Shown here one piece after another: positions 1 through 11,706 of a stretch of DNA of 16,669 nucleotides (positions are counted from its first letter, which is position 1; the number at the start of each line of letters is the position of its first letter). Source of the DNA: a virus (lineage: Duplodnaviria > Heunggongvirae > Uroviricota > Caudoviricetes); the IMG/VR virus record IMGVR_UViG_2734482538_000001; one strand, 5' to 3'. The notes under the pieces are model-generated. The model did no database searches. It saw only the letters and a program-made list of their open reading frames with translations, and was not told where the DNA came from. The translations under genes were made by a program, and so were the position numbers.

Positions 1-257
1 GGTTATCGCTCGCCACGGGAATATCTGCGGCAGCGGGCTTGTAATGGGTTAAGTGATAACAGATGTCTGGAAATATAGGGGCAAATCCAATCGTCGCCGT
101 ATTCCCGTATTAACAGAGACCGTAGCCCGACGGGGAACTCCTTCTGCGCGAGTGTGCGGGAATAATCAAAAACGATGCACACCGGGGTTACCGGGTACAC
201 ATATTTCATCATGCCAGCGAGTCCGGTTCTGGCACGGAAGAAACCGGACGTTATGAT

Positions 258-668
258 TTAGTGCGGAAATATTTGTGTAGTGTTCTGTATGTTCTCAGTA
301 AAGAGTAATGAATTATCAAAGGTATAGTAATACCTTTTGTTTTCGTGGATATTTGTAATCCATCTGAAAACCCCTGCTGTAGCAAGATTTTTCCTGTATT
401 CGTAAAATGATAACTCTCCTGATTTGAATCCTTTTAAGGTGGCTTCTATAAGGCATTTATTTTTTGAAAATCTTACATTTACAACCTTACCCTGTCCTTT
501 TATTAAAACCGTATTATCGTTTTCAAGAACAAGATGAATATTCTCTGTGGCTAAATAGTAAATGTAATGTGAGACATTGTGACGTTTTAGTTCAGAATAA
601 AACCAGTGATAGTTTAAATTATTTCGCACTTTATCGAATATTTGTTTAAAAATGGCAACCTGAGCCAT
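258..668 (-). CDS. DUF1398-family prophage protein (YbcV/YdfO-like, function unknown); moron gene, 136 aa
   Basis: Minus-strand ORF with stop at 258-260. I prefer the second ATG (668-666, [16 protein letters not shown]...) because GAAGG sits 7 nt upstream and 136 aa matches the length I recall for YbcV/YdfO; the track ORF extends to 683. Strongly AT-rich compared with the flanking phage DNA. Family assignment is from memory. Confidence 0.6.
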   Translation of the reverse strand: MAQVAIFKQIFDKVRNNLNYHWFYSELKRHNVSHYIYYLATENIHLVLENDNTVLIKGQGKVVNVRFSKNKCLIEATLKGFKSGELSFYEYRKNLATAGVFRWITNIHENKRYYYTFDNSLLFTENIQNTTQIFPH

Positions 669-725
669 TGTAGTACCTTCCATGTGATATGAGGGGGCGT
701 AGTCTGCACGATTATCTAAATTGCT

Positions 726-959
726 TCAATCTGGTCTAACCTGTTTTCTGAGCAATTCAGTAATGTCACTCTTTTCTTTGTTTGCTTCAGGCGAAACTCT
801 TTTTTCTGAGCACAGTCTCCGGCGGCAGGCTTCAATGACCCAGGCTGAGAAATTCCCGGACCCTTTTTGAACAAGAGCGATGTTAATTTGTTCAATCATT
901 TGGTTAGGAAAGCGGATGTTGCGGGTTGTTGTTCTGCGGGTTCTGTTCTTCGTTGACAT
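726..959 (-). CDS. DUF3950-family small prophage protein (YlcI/YnfO-like), 77 aa; possible ribbon-helix-helix-like fold
   Basis: Minus-strand ORF MSTKNRTRRTTTRNIRFPNQMIEQINIALVQKGSGNFSAWVIEACRRRL..., which I recognise as near-identical to E. coli K-12 YlcI/YnfO, small proteins that sit just upstream of the Nu1 homologs nohD/nohA. ATG at 959-957, stop at 726-728. The strand-helix-loop-helix reading is my inference. Confidence 0.65.
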   Translation of the reverse strand: MSTKNRTRRTTTRNIRFPNQMIEQINIALVQKGSGNFSAWVIEACRRRLCSEKRVSPEANKEKSDITELLRKQVRPD

Positions 960-1058
960 GAGGTTGCCCTGTATTCAGTGTCGCTGATTTGTATTGTCTG
1001 AAGTTGTTTTTACGTTAAGTTGATGCAGATCAATTAATACGATACCTGCGTCATAATT

Positions 1059-1158
1059 GATTATTTGACGTGGTTTGATGGCGTAGATGCACGTTGTGAC
1101 ATGTAGATGATAATTATTATCATTTTGCGGGTCCTTTCCGGCGATCCGACAGGTTACG
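1059..1158. other. Conserved lambda right-end segment immediately upstream of cosN (region containing cosQ)
   Basis: ttgattatttgacgtggtttgatgg...gcgggtcctttccggcgatccgacaggttacg closely matches the last ~100 nt of the lambda genome as I recall it. Confidence 0.6.
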
Positions 1159-1170
1159 GGGCGGAAGGCG
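1159..1170. other. cosN, the 12-nt cohesive-end core (variant sequence GGGCGGAAGGCG)
   Basis: Sits exactly between the conserved right-end flank (...caggttacg) and the conserved left-end flank (cgcgggttttcgctatttatg...), 178 nt upstream of the Nu1 start. Lambda cosN as I recall it is GGGCGGCGACCT. Confidence 0.6.
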
Positions 1171-1210
1171 CGCGGGTTTTCGCTATTTATGACAATTTTC
1201 CGGTTTAAGG

Positions 1211-1322
1211 CGTTTCCGTTCTTCTTCGCCGTAACCTAATGTTTTTATTTAAAACACCCCCTGAAAAGAAAGGAAACGACAGGTGCTGAAAACGGGCTTT
1301 TTGGCCTCTGTCGTTTCCTTTC
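1211..1322. promoter_or_regulatory. cosB: terminase small-subunit binding sites R3, R2, R1 with an A/T-rich IHF-type site (I1) between R3 and R2
   Basis: R3 cgtttccgttct at 1211-1222; R2 gaaaggaaacgacag at 1268-1282 and R1 ctgtcgtttcctttc at 1308-1322 form a perfect 15-bp inverted repeat; aatgtttttatttaaaaca at about 1238-1256. Arrangement matches lambda cosB. Confidence 0.7.
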
Positions 1323-1347
1323 TCTGTTTTTGTCCGTGGAATGAACA

Positions 1348-1867
1348 ATGGAAGTCAACAAAAAGCAGCTGGCTGACATTTTCGGTGCGAGTATCCGTAC
1401 CATTCAGAACTGGCAGGAACAGGGAATGCCCGTTCTGCGAGGCGGTGGCAAGGGTAATGAGGTGCTTTATGACTCTGCCGCCGTTATAAGATGGTATGCC
1501 GAAAGGGATGCTGAAATTGAGAACGAAAAGCTGCGCCGGGAAGTTGAAGAACTGCGGCAGGCCAGCGAGACAGATCTCCAGCCAGGGACTATTGAGTACG
1601 AACGCCATCGACTTACGCGTGCGCAGGCCGACGCACAGGAGCTGAAAAATGCCAGAGACTCCGCTGAAGTGGTGGAAACCGCATTCTGTACTTTCGTGCT
1701 GTCGCGGATCGCAGGTGAAATTGCCAGTATTCTCGACGGGATCCCCCTGTCGGTGCAGCGGCGTTTTCCGGAACTGGAAAACCGACATGTTGATTTCCTG
1801 AAACGGGATATCATCAAAGCCATGAACAAAGCAGCCGCGCTGGATGAACTGATACCGGGGTTGCTGA

Positions 1868-1893
<26 letters not shown>
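1348..1893 (+). CDS. nu1: Terminase small subunit gpNu1
   Basis: 181-aa ORF MEVNKKQLADIFGASIRTIQNWQEQGMPVLRGGGKGNEVLYDSAAV..., near-identical to lambda Nu1, with an N-terminal winged helix-turn-helix. Overlaps the A start by 26 nt as in lambda. Confidence 0.95.
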
Positions 1894-5574
<3,681 letters not shown>

Positions 5575-5594
<20 letters not shown>

Positions 5595-6894
5595 TCTCCC
5601 GCATATTGCCAGCATGGCTTTTAATGAGCCGCTGATGCTTGAACCCGCCTATGCGCGGGTTTTCTTTTGTGCGCTTGCAGGCCAGCTTGGGATCAGCTGC
5701 CTGACGGATGCAGTATCCGGCGACAGCCTGACTGCCGGAGAGGCACCCGCGGCGCTGGCGTTATCCGGTGATGATGACGGACCACGACAGGCCCGCAGTT
5801 ATCAGGTAATGAACGGCATCGCCGTGCTGCCGGTGTCCGGCACGCTGGTCAGCCGGACGCGGGCGCTGCAGCCGTACTCGGGGATGACCGGTTACAACGG
5901 CATTATCGCCCGTCTGCAACAGGCTGCCAGCGACCCGATGGTGGACGGCATTCTGCTCGATATGGACACACCGGGCGGAATGGTGGCGGGAGCATTTGAC
6001 TGCGCTGACATCATCGCCCGTGTGCGTGACATAAAGCCGGTATGGGCGCTGGCCAATGACATGAACTGCAGCGCAGGTCAGCTGCTTGCCAGTGCCGCCT
6101 CCCGGCGTCTGGTCACGCAGACCGCCCGGACAGGCTCCATCGGCGTCATGATGGCTCACAGTAATTACGGCGCTGCACTGGAGAAACAGGGCGTGGAAAT
6201 CACGCTGATTTACAGCGGCAGCCATAAGGTGGATGGCAACCCCTACAGCCATCTACCGGATGATGTCCGGGAAACATTGCAGTCCCGGATGGATGCAACC
6301 CGCCGGATGTTTGCACAGAAGGTGTCGGCATATACCGGCCTGTCCGTGCAGGCTGTGCTGGATACCGAGGCTGCAGTGTACAGCGGTCAGGAGGCCATTG
6401 ATGCCGGACTGGCTGATGAACTTGTTAACAGTACCGATGCGATCACCGTCATGCGTGATGCACTGGATGCACGTAAATCCCGTCTCTCAGGAGGGCGAAT
6501 GACCAAAGAGACTCAATCAACAACTGTTTCAGCCACTGCTTCGCAGGCTGACGTTACTGGCGTGGTGCAAGCGACGGAGGGCGAGAACGCCAGCGCGGCG
6601 CAGCCGGACGTGAACGCGCAGATCACCGCAGCGGTTGCGGCAGAAAACAGTCGCATTATGGGGATCCTCAACTGTGAGGAGGCTCACGGACGCGAAGAAC
6701 AGGCACGCGTGCTGGCCGAAACCCCCGGTATGACCGTGGAAACGGCCCGCCGTATTCTGGCCGCAGCACCACAGAGTGCACAGACGCGCAGTGACACTGC
6801 GCTGGATCGTCTGATGCAGGGGGCACCGGCACCGCTGGCTGCAGGTAACCCGGCATCTGATGCCGTTAACGATTTGCTGAACACACCAGTGTAA
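5575..6894 (+). CDS. C: Head maturation protease gpC (S49/ClpP-like)
   Basis: GTG start at 5575 (VTAELRNLPHIASMAFNEPLMLEP...) preceded by gaggaggag, overlapping the B 3' end by 20 nt as in lambda; 439 aa. The track ORF from 5440 is an over-extension into B. Confidence 0.9.
6289..6894 (+). CDS. nu3: Scaffolding protein gpNu3, nested in-frame in the 3' part of C
   Basis: In-frame internal ATG at 6289 (MDATRRMFAQKVSAYTGLSVQ...) to the C stop gives 201 aa, the lambda Nu3 arrangement. Confidence 0.8.
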   Translation: MDATRRMFAQKVSAYTGLSVQAVLDTEAAVYSGQEAIDAGLADELVNSTDAITVMRDALDARKSRLSGGRMTKETQSTTVSATASQADVTGVVQATEGENASAAQPDVNAQITAAVAAENSRIMGILNCEEAHGREEQARVLAETPGMTVETARRILAAAPQSAQTRSDTALDRLMQGAPAPLAAGNPASDAVNDLLNTPV

Positions 6895-6903
6895 GGGATG
6901 TTT

Positions 6904-7236
6904 ATGACGAGCAAAGAAACCTTTACCCATTACCAGCCGCTGGGCAATAGTGACCCGGCTCATACCGCAACCGCGCCCGGCGGATTGAGTGCGAAAGCGC
7001 CTGCAATGACCCCGCTGATGCTGGACACCTCCACCCGTAAGCTGGTTGCGTGGGATGGCACCACCGACGGTGCTGCCGTTGGCATTCTTGCGGTTGCTGC
7101 TGACCAGACCAGCACCACACTGACGTTCTACAAGTCCGGCACGTTCCGTTATGAGGATGTGCTCTGGCCGGAGGCTGCCAGCGACGAGACGAAAAAACGG
7201 ACCGTGTTTGCCGGAACGGCAATCAGCATCGTTTAA
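6904..7236 (+). CDS. D: Head decoration protein gpD
   Basis: [41 protein letters not shown]..., 110 aa starting at the second ATG of the track ORF (6898); matches lambda gpD. Confidence 0.93.
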   Translation: MTSKETFTHYQPLGNSDPAHTATAPGGLSAKAPAMTPLMLDTSTRKLVAWDGTTDGAAVGILAVAADQTSTTLTFYKSGTFRYEDVLWPEAASDETKKRTVFAGTAISIV

Positions 7237-7291
7237 CTTTACCCTTCATCACTAAAGGCCGCCTGTGTGGCTTTTTTTACGGGATTTTTTT

Positions 7292-8317
7292 ATGTCGATG
7301 TACACAACCGCCCAGCTGCTGGCGGCAAATGAGCAGAAATTTAAGTTTGATCCGCTGTTTCTGCGTCTCTTTTTCCGTGAGAGCTATCCCTTCACTACGG
7401 AGAAAGTCTATCTCTCACAAATTCCGGGACTGGTAAACATGGCGCTGTACGTTTCGCCGATTGTTTCCGGTGAGGTTATCCGTTCCCGTGGCGGCTCCAC
7501 CTCTGAATTTACGCCGGGATATGTCAAACCCAAGCATGAGGTGAATCCGCAGATGACCCTGCGTCGCCTGCCGGATGAAGATCCGCAGAATCTGGCGGAC
7601 CCGGCTTACCGCCGCCGTCGCATCATCATGCAGAACATGCGTGACGAAGAGCTGGCCATTGCTCAGGTCGAAGAGATGCAGGCAGTTTCTGCCGTGCTCA
7701 AGGGCAAATACACCATGACCGGTGAAGCCTTCGATCCGGTTGAGGTGGATATGGGCCGCAGTGCGGCGAACAACATCACACAGTCCGGCGTCACGGAGTG
7801 GAGCAAGCGTGACAAGTCCACGTATGACCCGACCGACGATATCGAAGCCTACGCGCTGAACGCCAGCGGTGTGGTGAATATCATCGTGTTTGACCCGAAA
7901 GGCTGGGCGCTGTTCCGTTCCTTCAAAGCCGTCAAGGAGAAGCTGGATACCCGTCGCGGCTCTCATTCCGAGCTGGAGACAGCGGTAAAAGACCTGGGCA
8001 AAGCGGTGTCCTATAAGGGAATGTATGGCGATGTGGCCATCGTCGTGTATTCCGGACAGTACGTGGAAAACGGCGTCAAAAAGAACTTCCTGCCGGACAA
8101 CACGATGGTGCTGGGGAACACTCAGGCTCGCGGTCTGCGCACCTATGGCTGCATTCAGGATGCGGACGCACAGCGCGAAGGCATTAACGCTTCTGCCCGT
8201 TACCCGAAAAACTGGGTGACCACCGGCGATCCGGCGCGTGAGTTCACCATGATTCAGTCAGCACCGCTGATGCTGCTGGCTGATCCTGATGAGTTCGTGT
8301 CCGTTCAACTGGCGTAA
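7292..8317 (+). CDS. E: Major capsid protein gpE
   Basis: MSMYTTAQLLAANEQKFKFDPLFLRLFFRESYPF..., 341 aa from the internal ATG at 7292 (track ORF starts at 7265); matches lambda gpE. Confidence 0.95.
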   Translation: MSMYTTAQLLAANEQKFKFDPLFLRLFFRESYPFTTEKVYLSQIPGLVNMALYVSPIVSGEVIRSRGGSTSEFTPGYVKPKHEVNPQMTLRRLPDEDPQNLADPAYRRRRIIMQNMRDEELAIAQVEEMQAVSAVLKGKYTMTGEAFDPVEVDMGRSAANNITQSGVTEWSKRDKSTYDPTDDIEAYALNASGVVNIIVFDPKGWALFRSFKAVKEKLDTRRGSHSELETAVKDLGKAVSYKGMYGDVAIVVYSGQYVENGVKKNFLPDNTMVLGNTQARGLRTYGCIQDADAQREGINASARYPKNWVTTGDPAREFTMIQSAPLMLLADPDEFVSVQLA

Positions 8318-8358
8318 TCATGGCCCTTCGGGGCCATTTTCTCTCTGTGGAGGAGTTC

Positions 8359-8757
8359 ATGACGAAAGATGAACTGATTGCCCGTCTTCAGGAGCTGGGT
8401 GAGCAATTGAACCGCGATGTCAGTTTGACGGGAACGAAAGAAGAACTGGCGCTTCGTGTGGCAGAGCTGGAAGAAGAGCTTGATGACACGGATGAAACTG
8501 CCGGTCAGGACACCCCTCTCAGCCGGGAAAATGTGCTGACCGGGCATGAAAATGAGGTGGTATCAGCGCAGCCGGATACCGTGATTCAGGATACGGCTGA
8601 ACTGGTCACGGTCGTGGCACTGGTGACGCTGCATACTGATGCACTTCACGCCACGCGGGATAAACCTGTGGCATTTGTGCTGCCGGGAACGGCGTTTCGT
8701 GTCTCTGCCGGTGTGGCAGCCGAAATGACAGAGCGCGGCCTGGCCAGAATGCAATAA
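8359..8757 (+). CDS. FI: DNA-packaging protein gpFI
   Basis: MTKDELIARLQELGEQLNRDVSLTGTKEELALRVAELEEELDDTDE..., 132 aa from the ATG at 8359 preceded by ggagg; matches lambda gpFI. Confidence 0.92.
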   Translation: MTKDELIARLQELGEQLNRDVSLTGTKEELALRVAELEEELDDTDETAGQDTPLSRENVLTGHENEVVSAQPDTVIQDTAELVTVVALVTLHTDALHATRDKPVAFVLPGTAFRVSAGVAAEMTERGLARMQ

Positions 8758-8768
8758 CGGGAGGCGCT

Positions 8769-9122
8769 GTGGCTGATTTCGATAACCTGTTCGATGCTGC
8801 CATTGCCCGCGCCGATGAAACGATACGCGGGTACATGGGAACGTCAGCCACCATGACATCCGGTGAGCAGTCAGGTGCGGTGATACGTGGTGTTTTTGAT
8901 GACCCTGAAAATATCAGCTATGCCGGACAGGGCGTGCGCGTTGAAGGCTCCAGCCCGTCCCTGTTTGTCCGGACTGATGAGGTGCGGCAGCTGCGGCGTG
9001 GAGACACGCTGACCATCGGTGAGGAAAATTTCTGGGTAGATCGGGTTTCGCCGGATGATGGCGGAAGTTGTCATCTCTGGCTTGGACGGGGCGTACCGCC
9101 TGCCGTTAACCGTCGCCGCTGA
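8769..9122 (+). CDS. FII: Head-tail connector (head completion) protein gpFII
   Basis: 117-aa ORF MADFDNLFDAAIARADETIRGYMGTSATMTSGEQSG..., matches lambda gpFII. Confidence 0.93.
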   Translation: MADFDNLFDAAIARADETIRGYMGTSATMTSGEQSGAVIRGVFDDPENISYAGQGVRVEGSSPSLFVRTDEVRQLRRGDTLTIGEENFWVDRVSPDDGGSCHLWLGRGVPPAVNRRR

Positions 9123-9133
9123 AAGGGGGATGT

Positions 9134-9712
9134 ATGGCCATAAAAGGTCTTGAGCAGGCCGTTGAAAACCTCAGCCGTATCAGCAAAACGGCGGTGCCCG
9201 GTGCCGCCGCAATGGCCATTAACCGCGTTGCTTCATCCGCGATATCGCAGTCTGCGTCACAGGTTGCCCGTGAGACAAAGGTACGCCGGAAACTGGTAAA
9301 GGAAAGGGCCAGGCTGAAAAGGGCCACGGTCAAAAATCCGCAGGCCAGAATCAAAGTTAACCGGGGGGATTTGCCCGTAATCAAGCTGGGTAATGCGCGG
9401 GTTGTCCTGTCCCGCCGCAGGCGTCATAAAAAGGGGCAGCGTTCATCCCTGAAAGGTGGCGGCAGCGTGCTTGTGGTGGGTAACCGTCGTATTCCCGGCG
9501 CGTTTATTCAGCAACTGAAAAACGGCCGGTGGCATGTTATGCAGCGTGTGGCCGGGAAAAACCGTTACCCCATTGATGTGGTGAAAATCCCGATGGCGGT
9601 GCCGCTGACCACGGCGTTTAAACAGAATATTGAACGGATACGGCGTGAACGTCTTCCGAAAGAGCTGGGCTATGCGCTGCAGCATCAACTGAGAATGGTA
9701 ATAAAGCGATGA
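9134..9712 (+). CDS. Z: Tail completion protein gpZ
   Basis: 192-aa ORF MAIKGLEQAVENLSRISKTAVPGAAAMAINRV..., matches lambda gpZ. Stop overlaps the U start (ATGA). Confidence 0.93.
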   Translation: MAIKGLEQAVENLSRISKTAVPGAAAMAINRVASSAISQSASQVARETKVRRKLVKERARLKRATVKNPQARIKVNRGDLPVIKLGNARVVLSRRRRHKKGQRSSLKGGGSVLVVGNRRIPGAFIQQLKNGRWHVMQRVAGKNRYPIDVVKIPMAVPLTTAFKQNIERIRRERLPKELGYALQHQLRMVIKR

Positions 9713-10104
9713 AACATACTGAACTCCGTGCAGCCGTACTGGATGCACTGGAGAAGCATGACACCGGGGCGACGCTTTTTGATGGTCGCCCCGCTGTTTT
9801 TGATGAGGAAGATTTTCCGGCAATTGCCGTTTATCTCACCGGCGCTGAATACACGGGCGAAGAGCTGGACAGCGATACCTGGCAGGCGGAGCTGCATATT
9901 GAAGTTTTCCTGCCTGCTCAGGTGCCGGATTCAGAGCTGGATTCGTGGATGGAGTCCCGGATTTATCCTGTGATGAGCGATATCCCGGCACTGTCAGATT
10001 TGATCACCAGTATGGTGGCCAGCGGCTATGACTACCGGCGCGACGATGATGCGGGCCTGTGGAGTTCAGCCGATCTGACTTATGTCATTATCTATGAAAT
10101 GTGA
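9709..10104 (+). CDS. U: Tail tube terminator protein gpU
   Basis: 131-aa [48 protein letters not shown]..., matches lambda gpU. Confidence 0.93.
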   Translation: MKHTELRAAVLDALEKHDTGATLFDGRPAVFDEEDFPAIAVYLTGAEYTGEELDSDTWQAELHIEVFLPAQVPDSELDSWMESRIYPVMSDIPALSDLITSMVASGYDYRRDDDAGLWSSADLTYVIIYEM

Positions 10105-10111
10105 GGACGCT

Positions 10112-10852
10112 ATGCCTGTACCAAATCCTACAATGCCGGTGAAAGGTGCCGGGACCACCCTGTGGGTTTATAAGGGGAGCGGTGACCCTTATGCGAACCC
10201 GCTTTCAGACGTTGACTGGTCGCGTCTGGCAAAAGTTAAAGACCTGACGCCCGGCGAACTGACCGCTGAGTCCTATGACGACAGCTATCTCGATGATGAA
10301 GATGCAGACTGGACTGCGACCGGGCAGGGGCAGAAATCTGCCGGAGATACCAGCTTCACGCTGGCGTGGATGCCCGGAGAGCAGGGGCAGCAGGCGCTGC
10401 TGGCGTGGTTTAATGAAGGTGATACCCGTGCCTATAAAATCCGCTTCCCGAACGGCACGGTCGATGTGTTCCGTGGCTGGGTCAGCAGTATCGGTAAGGC
10501 GGTGACGGCGAAGGAGGTGATTACCCGCACGGTGAAGGTCACCAATGTGGGACGTCCGTCGATGGCAGAAGATCGCAGCACGGTGACGGCGACGACCGGC
10601 ATGACGGTGACACCCGCCAGTGCTTCCGTAGTGAAAGGGCAGAGCACCACGCTGACCGTGGCATTCCAGCCGGATGGCGCAACCGACAAGAGCTTCCGTG
10701 CGGTGTCTGCGGATAAAACAAAAGCCACCGTGTCGGTCAGTGGTATGACCATCACCGTGAAAGGTGTTGCTGCAGGCAAGGTCAACATTCCGGTCGTATC
10801 TGGTAATGGTGAGTTTGCTGCGGTTGCAGAAATCAACGTCACCGCCAGTTAA
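10112..10852 (+). CDS. V: Major tail tube protein gpV, with C-terminal Ig-like (Big_2) domain
   Basis: [31 protein letters not shown]..., 246 aa from the ATG at 10112 (track ORF starts at 10082); matches lambda gpV. Confidence 0.95.
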   Translation: MPVPNPTMPVKGAGTTLWVYKGSGDPYANPLSDVDWSRLAKVKDLTPGELTAESYDDSYLDDEDADWTATGQGQKSAGDTSFTLAWMPGEQGQQALLAWFNEGDTRAYKIRFPNGTVDVFRGWVSSIGKAVTAKEVITRTVKVTNVGRPSMAEDRSTVTATTGMTVTPASASVVKGQSTTLTVAFQPDGATDKSFRAVSADKTKATVSVSGMTITVKGVAAGKVNIPVVSGNGEFAAVAEINVTAS

Positions 10853-10867
10853 TCCGGAGAGTCAGCG

Positions 10868-11290
10868 ATGTTCCTGAAAACCGAATCATTTGAACATAAC
10901 GGTGTGACCGTCACGCTTTCTGAACTGTCAGCCCTGCAGCGTATTGAGCATCTCGACCTGATGAAACGGCAGGCAGAACAGGCGGAGTCAGACAGCAACC
11001 GGAAGTTTACTGTGGAAGACGCCATCAGAACCGGCGCTTTTGTGGTTGCGATGTCCCTGTGGCATAACCATCCGAAGAAGACGCAGATGCCGTCCATGAA
11101 TGAAGCCGTTAAACAGATTGAGCAGGAAGTGCTTACCACCTGGCCCACAGAGGCAATTTCTCATGCTGAAAACGTGGTGTACCGGCTGTCCGGTATGTAT
11201 GAGTTTGTGGTGAATGATGCTCCTGAACAGGCAGAGGACGCCGGGCCTGCAGAGCCTGTTTCTGCGGGAAAGTGTTCGACGGTGAGCTGA
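10868..11290 (+). CDS. G: Tail assembly chaperone gpG
   Basis: 140-aa ORF MFLKTESFEHNGVTVTLSELSALQRIEHLDLMKRQAEQ..., matches lambda gpG. Confidence 0.93.
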   Translation: MFLKTESFEHNGVTVTLSELSALQRIEHLDLMKRQAEQAESDSNRKFTVEDAIRTGAFVVAMSLWHNHPKKTQMPSMNEAVKQIEQEVLTTWPTEAISHAENVVYRLSGMYEFVVNDAPEQAEDAGPAEPVSAGKCSTVS

Positions 11291-11706
11291 GTTTTGCCCT
11301 GAAACTGGCGCGTGAGATGGGGCGACCCGACTGGCGCGCCATGCTTGCCGGGATGTCATCCACGGAGTATGCCGACTGGCACCGCTTTTACAGTACCCAT
11401 TATTTTCATGATGTTCTGCTGGATATGCACTTTTCCGGGCTGACGTACACCGTGCTCAGCCTGTTTTTCAGCGATCCGGAGATGCATCCGCTGGATTTCA
11501 GTCTGCTGAACCGGCGCGAGGCTGACGAAGAGCCTGAAGATGATGTGCTGATGCAGAAAGCGGCAGGGCTTGCCGGAGGTGTCCGCTTTGGCCCGGACGG
11601 GAATGAAGTTATCCCCGCTTCCCCGGATGTGGCGGACATGACGGAGGATGACGTAATGCTGATGACAGTATCAGAAGGGATCGCAGGAGGAGTCCGGTAT
11701 GGCTGA
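10868..11706 (+). CDS. GT: Tail assembly chaperone gpG-T, made by programmed -1 ribosomal frameshift at G GGA AAG (11266-11272)
   Basis: Slippery heptamer GGGAAAG lies in the G zero frame (G|GGA|AAG) 19 nt before the G stop. The -1 frame ORF (track 11272-11706, ...ELSFALKLAREMGRPDWRAMLAGMSSTEYADWHRFY...) runs to 11706 and overlaps the H start by 8 nt, as in lambda. Confidence 0.85.

Noticed and set aside
3-256. 69-aa minus ORF (3-212) and 67-aa plus ORF (53-256) at the left edge
   Set aside because: No similarity I can recognise, overlapping each other on opposite strands, Arg-rich low-complexity plus-frame product and GTG start; not supportable as genes from sequence alone.
1249-1829. Minus-strand ORFs of 179 aa and 120 aa over cosB and Nu1
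   Set aside because: They cover the terminase-binding sites and are antisense to Nu1; spurious.
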